Shown here: piece by piece, positions 7,906-14,849 of the stretch
Numbering within the stretch: position 1 is the stretch's first letter
Layout: each line of letters starts with the position of its first letter
Source of the DNA: Escherichia phage vB_EcoS-611R4
Length of the DNA: 20,345 nt
Direction: 5' to 3' (one strand)
Sequence record: ON470587
Position numbers and translations under genes: made by a program
The notes under the pieces: model-generated
Databases searched by the model: none
What the model saw: the letters and a program-made list of their open reading frames with translations, nothing else
What the model was told of the DNA's origin: nothing

Positions 7906-9001
7906 ACGGCTGCGTGATGAATCAATTGCTCATGCAGTCTGGATATCCCGCTATAGCACTGGCGTGGCTGCCAGAATGGTGAAAATACTGAATGACAGCG
8001 ATGCGGAACTTACTGCTCGCCTGCTGATAGCACTGGACAGCCTCGATCCAGGTAGTTTTACCGTTAAGCGCCTGGAGTCACTTCTGGCGAGCGTCAGAGA
8101 GGTTAACCGCACTGCTATTAACAGCATGTTTACCAGTCTCTCCGGAGAGCTGAACGAGCTGGCAATTTATGAGGCTGGTTATCAGTTAAGTCTGTTTGAT
8201 TCTATGCTACCTGATTTTGTTGCTGATGTTCACCCTCTGGTTGGTATCTCTCCTGATGCACTTTATGCCGCTGCAATGGCGCGACCATTTCAGGGACGAC
8301 TGCTCAGTGAGTGGGCCTCAGATCTTGAGGCGGATCGGCTCAGACGCATAACAAATACAGTGCGTCAGGGTTTTTTGCTGGGGGATACCAATGAGCAGAT
8401 CGCAAGAAAAATTCGGGGACATGTCAGTAAGGGATTTCAGGATGGTGCATTGCAGATGAGCCGGGCTAATGCGGCCAGCATTGCAAAAACAGCGGTTGGA
8501 CATCTTGCTGCTACTGCCCGTGAGAGTTTTGCCAGCGCGAATAATGATTTGATTAAGGGTAAGCAATGGTTATCAACGCTTGATAATCGTACTACGCCAC
8601 AATGTCGAATCAGGGATCGCCTCAAATATACGCTGAATAATAAACCTGTAGGTCACAGCGTGCCTTATTTGCAGGGGCCGGGAAAAATTCATTTCTGCTG
8701 CCGCTCAACGGAAACGTTCATTCTGAAATCAGCGAAGGAACTGGGTATTGATGTTCGCGATATTTCCCCGGCTGAGCGGGCCAGCATGGATGGCGTGGTG
8801 GCCGGAGATACAACCTACAGGGAATGGTTTTTGCGTCAGCCTTACACCAGACAAAAACAGATTGTGGGGGAAACCCGAGCAAAGCTGATTCGGGATGGTG
8901 GTATGTCGCCAGATGAATTTTACACCGATAAAGGCGAATGGCTGACGCTGAAGCAGCTCCGTGAGCGTGATGCACAGGTATTCAGAAAAGCAGGGATTTA
9001 A
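7886..9001 (+). CDS. head morphogenesis protein (phage Mu F-like / SPP1 gp7-like minor head protein)
   Basis: ORF 7886..9001 (371 aa), overlapping the portal stop. Position after the portal and composition are typical of the MuF-like family. Not verified by search. Confidence 0.6.
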   Translation: MMQTVNERLRDESIAHAVWISRYSTGVAARMVKILNDSDAELTARLLIALDSLDPGSFTVKRLESLLASVREVNRTAINSMFTSLSGELNELAIYEAGYQLSLFDSMLPDFVADVHPLVGISPDALYAAAMARPFQGRLLSEWASDLEADRLRRITNTVRQGFLLGDTNEQIARKIRGHVSKGFQDGALQMSRANAASIAKTAVGHLAATARESFASANNDLIKGKQWLSTLDNRTTPQCRIRDRLKYTLNNKPVGHSVPYLQGPGKIHFCCRSTETFILKSAKELGIDVRDISPAERASMDGVVAGDTTYREWFLRQPYTRQKQIVGETRAKLIRDGGMSPDEFYTDKGEWLTLKQLRERDAQVFRKAGI

Positions 9002-9020
9002 ATAAATCATTTATTACAAC

Positions 9021-9047
9021 AGGCTACCTTCGGGTGGCCTTTTTTAT
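9021..9047 (+). terminator. intrinsic terminator-like hairpin (UUCG tetraloop) between head morphogenesis and scaffold genes
   Basis: AGGCTACC-TTCG-GGTGGCCT (8-bp stem with one G.U) followed by TTTTTTATT. Also an AATAAAT/ATTTATT inverted repeat at 9001..9015. Confidence 0.45.
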
Positions 9048-9105
9048 TGCTGCGATCCGGATGGTGAGCAGCGTAACTGTCGGAAGACTTAAACCAGGTA
9101 CTAAT

Positions 9106-9870
9106 ATGAAACTGAAAACGGTCGAGATTAACGGAAAACAATACGCAGAAATTGATACTGCTGGCCTGCCAGTTTATGTGCACGACGATGGTAAAGAAAT
9201 TGGCTTCGATGCACCGCTGGCGACAAAAAAAATTACAGAGCTTAATAGCGAGGCAAAAAATCATCGCCTGGCTAAAGAAGCTGCAGAGGAAAAACTGGCT
9301 AAGTTTGCCGCTATCGAAGACCCGAAGAAGGCGATCGAGGCACTGGAAATGCTGTCAAAAATCGACCAGAAAAAGCTGCTCGATGCGGGACAGGTTGACC
9401 AGGTTAAGGCAGAAATTACGAAAAATTTTCAGCAGCAATTAGATGAAGAAAAGCAACGCTCTCAGATGCTGGAGAAGCAGCTTTACGATTCTATGATTGG
9501 CGGTAGTTTTGCGGGTTCAAAATATATTGCCGATAAAATTGCGATCCCGGCAGATTTATTACAATCACGCTTCGGGCAGGCATTCAAAGTGGAAGAAGGG
9601 AGGATCGTTGCTTATGACGCTTCCGGCAACAAAATTTATTCCCGCGCGAAGCCTGGCGAACTGGCGCAGTTTGATGAGGCGCTGGAGTTCCTTGTCGAAA
9701 ATTACCCTCAGAAAGACTACATCCTGAAAGCCAGTGGCAACAATGGCGGCGGCTCCCGTCCGACACAGCATGATATTGGTCAGAAAACGATGAAACGCTC
9801 TGCTTTTGATGCACTGGATGTTGCAGGTAAGCAAAACGCATTGAAAGACGGTATCACAATCGTTGATTAA
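9106..9870 (+). CDS. scaffolding protein (putative)
   Basis: ORF track 9034..9870; the 9034 start lies inside the terminator hairpin, so ATG 9106 (MKLKTVEINGK..., AGGT 7 nt upstream) is preferred. Charged, helical coiled-coil-like protein located between MuF and the major capsid gene. Confidence 0.55.
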   Translation: MKLKTVEINGKQYAEIDTAGLPVYVHDDGKEIGFDAPLATKKITELNSEAKNHRLAKEAAEEKLAKFAAIEDPKKAIEALEMLSKIDQKKLLDAGQVDQVKAEITKNFQQQLDEEKQRSQMLEKQLYDSMIGGSFAGSKYIADKIAIPADLLQSRFGQAFKVEEGRIVAYDASGNKIYSRAKPGELAQFDEALEFLVENYPQKDYILKASGNNGGGSRPTQHDIGQKTMKRSAFDALDVAGKQNALKDGITIVD

Positions 9871-9968
9871 CACATTTGTCAGCTTCCGGATGGGAGCTGG
9901 TGTCAGGGCTGGATAGCTCATTACTCCATCTATTCACAATTACGCAAATTTTTAAGGAATATTTAATT

Positions 9969-11108
9969 ATGGCTGGAAATACCCTGACCGGGTTGATCCC
10001 GACTATTTATACCGCCCTGGATGTTGTATCCCGTGAGCAGGTAGGTTTTATCCCTGCGGTAGCAAAAAACGCAAAAGCTGACGCCGCAGCAAAAGATCAG
10101 ACGGTAACCGCGCCAGTTGCGCCTGAGGCGAAAACCGAAGATATCGTACCGGGGCCGTCAGCTCCGAATACCGGTGATCAAAATATTGGCACTGTTGATG
10201 TAAAAATTACTAAATCCAAAATGGCACCGGTTAAATGGAATGGTGAAGAACAACTGGCTCTTGGTCCTTCAGGGACTTACAACACCATTCTGGCTGATCA
10301 GTTCAAGCAGGCTTTTCGCGCCCTTGCAAACGAGGTTGAGGCTGATCTTGGTGCGTTGTATTTCGGTGCTTCCCGCGCCGTGGGAACCGCAGGGACAACG
10401 CCGTTTGGTGTTAAAGATGATCTTTCTGATGCTGCTCTGGCTCGTCAGGTTCTGGAGGATAACGGCGCACCGACAACCGATCTGCAGATGGTGCTTGGCT
10501 CCACTGCCATTGCTAATTTGCGCGGAAAACAGTCTGTATTGTTTAAAGTGAATGAATCCGGCACTGAACAGCTACTGCGTGAGGGCGTGTTGGGGCGTCT
10601 GGAGGGATTCAATATTCACAGTTCGGCAGGTGTGAAACGAGCGCCAAAGGTTGCTGCAACTGGTTATCTCGTGAATGGAGAGAAAAAAGAAGGCGATGTT
10701 CTTATTTCCATTGATACTGGTTCGGGGAGTATTTCTGCAGGTCAGATTGTTACGTTCGCTGGTGATCCGAATCAGTATGTTGTGGCAGCAGCGACCAGCA
10801 ATCTGATTACTCTTGCAGCGCCCGGACTGCGTCAGGATCTGGCCGATGATACTGCCATCACAGTTGTTGGGGCCTTTACTGCAAATATGGCGTTTGATCG
10901 CAACGCGTTTCTGCTGGCATCCCGTACTCCGGCAATGCCGGAAGGTGGCGATAATGCTGATGATGTAATGAATGTTACGGACCCGATTTCAGGGATTACG
11001 TTCCAGATTGCACTGTATCGTCAGTATCGCCAGGTGCGCTATGAAGTTGGACTGGCATGGGGTGTTTCATCAGTGAAGCCGGCACATGGTTGTCTGATTC
11101 TTGGTTAA
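9969..11108 (+). CDS. major capsid (coat) protein
   Basis: ORF track 9876..11108; preferred start ATG 9969 (MAGNTLTGLIPTIY..., AAGGA about 10 nt upstream). ~379 aa, follows the scaffold gene and is followed by a strong hairpin plus T-tract, the usual arrangement for a highly expressed coat gene. Confidence 0.7.
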   Translation: MAGNTLTGLIPTIYTALDVVSREQVGFIPAVAKNAKADAAAKDQTVTAPVAPEAKTEDIVPGPSAPNTGDQNIGTVDVKITKSKMAPVKWNGEEQLALGPSGTYNTILADQFKQAFRALANEVEADLGALYFGASRAVGTAGTTPFGVKDDLSDAALARQVLEDNGAPTTDLQMVLGSTAIANLRGKQSVLFKVNESGTEQLLREGVLGRLEGFNIHSSAGVKRAPKVAATGYLVNGEKKEGDVLISIDTGSGSISAGQIVTFAGDPNQYVVAAATSNLITLAAPGLRQDLADDTAITVVGAFTANMAFDRNAFLLASRTPAMPEGGDNADDVMNVTDPISGITFQIALYRQYRQVRYEVGLAWGVSSVKPAHGCLILG

Positions 11109-11117
11109 ACATTCAAA

Positions 11118-11140
11118 CGGGGCTTCGGCCCCATTTTTAA
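11118..11140 (+). terminator. intrinsic terminator / attenuator hairpin after the major capsid gene
   Basis: GGGGC-TTCG-GCCCC perfect stem with UUCG tetraloop at 11120..11133, followed by ATTTTTA. Confidence 0.5.
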
Positions 11141-11150
11141 TGGGGGGCAT

Positions 11151-11327
11151 ATGGCCGGATTAACTAAAGAGCAAAGAGCACAGCGTGAAGCCGCACAAAA
11201 AACGCAAATTGAGTTAGTGGTTATGGTGACCGATTATCAGATGTTTCCCGGCGCACCAACTATCGCTAATGTTCATCCTGATGAAGTTGACAACTGGAAG
11301 GCTATGGGCTGGAAAACTCAGGAGTAA
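11151..11327 (+). CDS. hypothetical small protein (58 aa), not in the supplied ORF track
   Basis: ATG 11151 preceded by GGGGGG (SD-like) about 5 nt upstream; open to TAA 11325..11327; translation MAGLTKEQRAQREAAQKTQIELVVMVTDYQMFPGAPTIANVHPDEVDNWKAMGWKTQE. Fills the gap between capsid and connector genes and its stop abuts the RBS of the next gene. Confidence 0.35.
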   Translation: MAGLTKEQRAQREAAQKTQIELVVMVTDYQMFPGAPTIANVHPDEVDNWKAMGWKTQE

Positions 11328-11330
11328 CAC

Positions 11331-11726
11331 ATGATCACTTACGTGACCTGTGATGACGTTGATAATGCGTTTGGGAACGCCTGGACGAGTGAGAACGCTA
11401 AAAATAAAGCTGTTTTAATGGCTAATGCCTGGCTTAATGGCTTCAACCTGAAAATTAACCCATCCCGTATTCCGGAAGAGGTAAAACTTGCGGGAGCATA
11501 TGCAGCCAGAATTGCCTCATTTGGTAAGTTGTTTCAGCAGAAAAATGATTCTGGCGTTGTTATCAGTAAAGCCGTGTCGGCTGACGGGGTCAGTGTATCG
11601 AAATCATTTTCTGAGTTGCCAGCAAACAGCACTGCATTGCTTGAACCCGATTTACAGCTTGCGATAGCACTGCTGAAACCGTACGGACTTAGTCGCTCAC
11701 AAGTCAGGGTTGTGAGGGGGGGATAA
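11331..11726 (+). CDS. head-tail connector / head completion protein (putative)
   Basis: ORF 11331..11726 (131 aa); AGGAG RBS; first of four tightly coupled ~130-aa genes between the capsid and major tail genes (ATGA/TAATG overlaps). Assignment by position. Confidence 0.5.
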   Translation: MITYVTCDDVDNAFGNAWTSENAKNKAVLMANAWLNGFNLKINPSRIPEEVKLAGAYAARIASFGKLFQQKNDSGVVISKAVSADGVSVSKSFSELPANSTALLEPDLQLAIALLKPYGLSRSQVRVVRGG

Positions 11727-12109
11727 TGGGGCTTCGTGAAGAGATTCAGTCAGAGGTTGCCGCTGCTTTTGATGAGGATTTAGCGGACGCCGTGAGTGAT
11801 TTTTCTGGTTATTACGTTACGCACCGGCACTGGGATCCTGTGACGGAAACTGGCGGCGAATCCACCGCAATCTATACCGGGCGAGGCGTGTTGACACGTT
11901 ATAAGCTGGGCAGAATTGATGGGATTAATATTTTGCATGGTGACCTTAAATTAACCGCTCTGGTATGCGAGGTTACGGATAAACCAGCTGTCGACCATAT
12001 TATTGAGATTTATGATCCTGTATCAAGGCAGTTACAACGATACGAGGTAATTACAGCAAGTTTAGATCCTTCCGCATCAGTTTACTCTATCCAGTTAAGG
12101 AGAGCGTAA
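11726..12109 (+). CDS. head-tail adaptor / head closure protein (putative)
   Basis: ORF 11726..12109 (127 aa); start overlaps the previous stop (TAATG). Assignment by position in the neck module. Confidence 0.45.
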   Translation: MGLREEIQSEVAAAFDEDLADAVSDFSGYYVTHRHWDPVTETGGESTAIYTGRGVLTRYKLGRIDGINILHGDLKLTALVCEVTDKPAVDHIIEIYDPVSRQLQRYEVITASLDPSASVYSIQLRRA

Positions 12110-12490
12110 ATGGCAAAGGCATGGGATATAGAACCGTCAATATTTGCCGGGATGATTGAGGAAGATGTAGGGCTGAAGATTCGCTACATCGCTATGCAGA
12201 TTCTTACTGCTATTGATATTGCTGCTCCGGTTGATACCGGACGTTTCAGAAATAACAACCTGGTGTCGTTACAGCATCCCGATTTTGGTATATCTGATAA
12301 CGTGGATCCGAACGGTACGATTGCTGTTCAGCGTGGGATCGGGGTTATTTCGAAAGCTGCAAATTACGGGGTTATTTATATCCAGAATAACCTTCCTTAT
12401 GCAGAGGCTCTTGAAAACGGTCATTCACAACAAGCGCCAACTGGCGTGTATGCCAACGCTTTTTATGGTGTTTTACAGGCTTACAAATGA
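12110..12490 (+). CDS. tail completion protein, HK97 gp10-like (putative)
   Basis: ORF 12110..12490 (126 aa). Contains APVDTGRFRNN, resembling the conserved DTG-R motif I associate with the HK97 gp10 family. Position in the neck module. Confidence 0.5.
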   Translation: MAKAWDIEPSIFAGMIEEDVGLKIRYIAMQILTAIDIAAPVDTGRFRNNNLVSLQHPDFGISDNVDPNGTIAVQRGIGVISKAANYGVIYIQNNLPYAEALENGHSQQAPTGVYANAFYGVLQAYK

Positions 12491-12879
12491 AGTTTACTGA
12501 AATCAGAAATACGGTTATTTCCAGAATGACGGCACAGACGATTATTGATGGAAAAGACGTATTGTATCCGAACGGGCCAACGTTCGATCCTTCCGGTAAG
12601 TTAATCTGGGCGCGGTTAAGTAATATTCCCGGGCAGGCTGGGGTTAATGAAATTGGCGCGGGGCCGGTTGTTTATCGCACGGGGATAATCATTATTCAGT
12701 TATTTGTCCCCGCAGGTTCTGGTTCAAAACTCATTACTGAGACAGCCGATAAATTGCGGGAACTGTTTGAGTTTCAGGATGACGATCGTCTCAGTTACCA
12801 GGCTGTTTCCTCAATAGCCGTCGGCGAAAAGAATGGCTGGTTCCAGCTTAATCTTCAAATTCCATATCGCGCGCTCTAG
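12487..12879 (+). CDS. tail terminator / tail tube joining protein (putative)
   Basis: ORF 12487..12879 (130 aa); start overlaps the previous stop (ATGA); immediately precedes the major tail protein gene. Confidence 0.45.
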   Translation: MKFTEIRNTVISRMTAQTIIDGKDVLYPNGPTFDPSGKLIWARLSNIPGQAGVNEIGAGPVVYRTGIIIIQLFVPAGSGSKLITETADKLRELFEFQDDDRLSYQAVSSIAVGEKNGWFQLNLQIPYRAL

Positions 12880-12905
12880 CGCAATTAATGACATAGGAGG
12901 CTTCT

Positions 12906-13868
12906 GTGAGTTCAGGTGCAAAGGTTATCTCGGCATTTATCCGGGAGACAGTTGCAGGCACTACGCCAGCAAGTGGTGACTGGAGTTTATTAAAACGCAC
13001 AAGCTGGGGAGTAAAACCCACCCAGAATAAAGGCGAAAATAATGAGATTGGTGGCTCCCGGATGGCTCAGGGGGCGACGCCTGGCACTGTGGATGTCGGC
13101 GGTGATGTTGGTACCAAATTTCGCTGGGGTCAACATGATGATTTTCTTGCATCCTGTTTCGGCGCGGAATGGTCAGGCGATTCTCTGACAATGGGGAATG
13201 AGCGAATAACATTTTCTCTGGCGACCTATGCGTCCGATGTCGGAATTGCCTCTGTCGTCAGAGGAGCGCAGGTTGGCTCATGGAAAATGCAGATCCCTAA
13301 CGACGGCGATATTACAGCGACCGTAACCTTTGCCGGGCTGGGCTGGGAAACAAAGGCCGATGATACGAATTTTATCAAAGGCAAACCTGTGGATAGTGCA
13401 GGAAAGTTACGCTATTCGTTTAAGGAGGTTTCAGCAGTAAGCCTGAATGGTGTTGCCGGAGGTAACGGTTTTTGTATCGACAGTTTTGATATTCAGTTCG
13501 ATAACAAACTCCAGACACAGCGTTGTATCGGGACTGGCTCGCCTTATGCAGGAGCAAATATTCCGACTACTTTTACACCGTCCGGTACGGTGACGCTTTC
13601 ATGGTCTAAAGCCGCGTGGGAAATCTGGAGTAAAACACTGACTGGAGAAACAGTTCCGTTCAGCTTCACGCTTTCGAATGGAGAGGGGGCATACACTTTC
13701 AGTTTCCCGAAGGTTCAGGTGTCAGGTGAATGGCCTGATGGGGGTAATACTGACATTATCCAGGTTCAATTGAGCATTACCGCAGCAGATGAAGCACCTA
13801 CGATAACCAGAAAAAAATGCTCCCCGACTGCCGTGATCGCAAAAGCCAGTGCTGATGCGATTAGTTGA
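12906..13868 (+). CDS. major tail (tube) protein
   Basis: ORF 12906..13868 (320 aa); GTG start with AGGAGG 6 nt upstream; Gly/Thr/Ser-rich beta-type composition; directly upstream of the chaperone pair and tape measure gene. Confidence 0.7.
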   Translation: MSSGAKVISAFIRETVAGTTPASGDWSLLKRTSWGVKPTQNKGENNEIGGSRMAQGATPGTVDVGGDVGTKFRWGQHDDFLASCFGAEWSGDSLTMGNERITFSLATYASDVGIASVVRGAQVGSWKMQIPNDGDITATVTFAGLGWETKADDTNFIKGKPVDSAGKLRYSFKEVSAVSLNGVAGGNGFCIDSFDIQFDNKLQTQRCIGTGSPYAGANIPTTFTPSGTVTLSWSKAAWEIWSKTLTGETVPFSFTLSNGEGAYTFSFPKVQVSGEWPDGGNTDIIQVQLSITAADEAPTITRKKCSPTAVIAKASADAIS

Positions 13869-13880
13869 TTTTCCGTTATT

Positions 13881-13907
13881 CCCCCTGTGGTACTGCACTA
13901 CAGGGGG
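13881..13907 (+). promoter_or_regulatory. stable stem-loop after the major tail gene (possible attenuator / RNA stability element)
   Basis: CCCCCTGT ... ACAGGGGG perfect 8-bp inverted repeat with 11-nt loop; no T-tract follows. Confidence 0.3.
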
Positions 13908-13916
13908 ACGCATTGA

Positions 13917-14378
13917 ATGAGGTTATGGATGTTTATTCTTAATCAGAAAATTATCATCGGTGGAGAACGCTGGTTTACGCCAATGAAGGACTTAAAACCT
14001 GTAGACGGGTTAAAACTGTTGGTGGCAAGCAGCGATAACGATCAGTATCGCTCCCGTAATGCATTAATCCGTCGTCACATTGAGAAAATGGATGCCAGTT
14101 TGCACGTCGGAACGAAGGAGTTTGATATTTCAAAGGTTTCCGAGGTAGATTCTGTTGATGATTTACTCATTGATAATGCTGCTCGTTATCTGCTGAAAGA
14201 CTGGAAAGGGGTTGGTGAACTGGTTAATGGTGCTGAGGTTGCACTGGAATATACGCCAGAACGAGGGATCGCGCTGCTTAAGCAGAATCCAGAGTTGTAC
14301 TGGCAGATCCTTGCAGAAGCAGCCAGCATCGCCCAGGGTAAAGAGCAGCAGAAGCAGGATACGATAAAAAAGCCATAG
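13917..14378 (+). CDS. tail assembly chaperone (lambda gpG analogue)
   Basis: ORF 13917..14378 (153 aa), acidic, located between the major tail and tape measure genes. Its last codons contain the slippery heptamer A_AAA_AAG, and a downstream -1-frame ORF is open from 14342. Alternative start ATG 13929. Confidence 0.7.
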   Translation: MRLWMFILNQKIIIGGERWFTPMKDLKPVDGLKLLVASSDNDQYRSRNALIRRHIEKMDASLHVGTKEFDISKVSEVDSVDDLLIDNAARYLLKDWKGVGELVNGAEVALEYTPERGIALLKQNPELYWQILAEAASIAQGKEQQKQDTIKKP

Positions 14379-14686
14379 CCGCCCAGCGGTGGTTATCGGA
14401 GTTCGGGGGAGAAAGGGGGGAAAAGGCAAGATGGAAGCGAGAAAAACTCAGGTTGCCACCGATACCGGAACCAGAAATAGACCCGGTGCTTAAGGAATTG
14501 TTGTACGCCTATTCGGTAATATCCCGTGCCCGACGTTATGCTGGAATGACCGGGGTGCCTTTGCCTTTATCTCTGACAGAGATAAATGAATATTTAGCCA
14601 CTCATCCGGTATTGATTGAGCGCGATGAGTTTGAAGCAGTGATCTTTGCACTGGATGACCAGTATTTTCAGGATCAGTGTGTGTAG
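13917..14686 (+). CDS. tail assembly chaperone frameshift fusion product (lambda gpGT analogue; -1 shift at 14366..14372)
   Basis: The -1 frame relative to the G-like ORF is open from 14342 to the stop at 14684..14686 (ORF track shows its distal part, 14453..14686). The overlap with the G-like frame (14342..14378) contains A_AAA_AAG. Predicted junction ...DTIKK / AIAAQRWLSEFGGERGEKARWKREKLRLPPIPEPEID... Confidence 0.6.
14366..14372 (+). other. programmed -1 ribosomal frameshift slippery heptamer A_AAA_AAG
   Basis: In the G-like zero frame the codons are AAA(14367..14369) AAG(14370..14372), preceded by A at 14366; the same heptamer as the E. coli dnaX frameshift site. A G-rich tract (GGGGGAGAAAGGGGGG, 14404..14420) lies 32 nt downstream. 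Confidence 0.6.
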
Positions 14687-14809
14687 TTGTTAATTACGTA
14701 CACTCTGTTACAGAGATGTGATGGTGTCTTTAATTAAATCGATGATGCTCCTGGAGAAAAGCATTGCGTGGCCTCGTAATCGCTATATCTACTATTATGT
14801 CGCCTGAAA

Positions 14810-14830
14810 CCCACTTCGGTGGGCTTTTTG
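14810..14830 (+). terminator. small intrinsic terminator-like hairpin upstream of the tape measure gene
   Basis: CCCAC-TTCG-GTGGG (5-bp GC-rich stem, UUCG tetraloop) followed by CTTTTTGTTG; sits in a ~160-nt non-coding spacer (14687..14849). Confidence 0.35.
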
Positions 14831-14849
14831 TTGTCTGGAGTTTTAATAA

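Noticed and set aside
9034-9105. Upstream extension of the scaffold ORF to the track start at 9034
   Set aside because: The 9034 start lies within the terminator hairpin 9021..9047 and has no RBS; ATG 9106 with AGGT upstream is more plausible.
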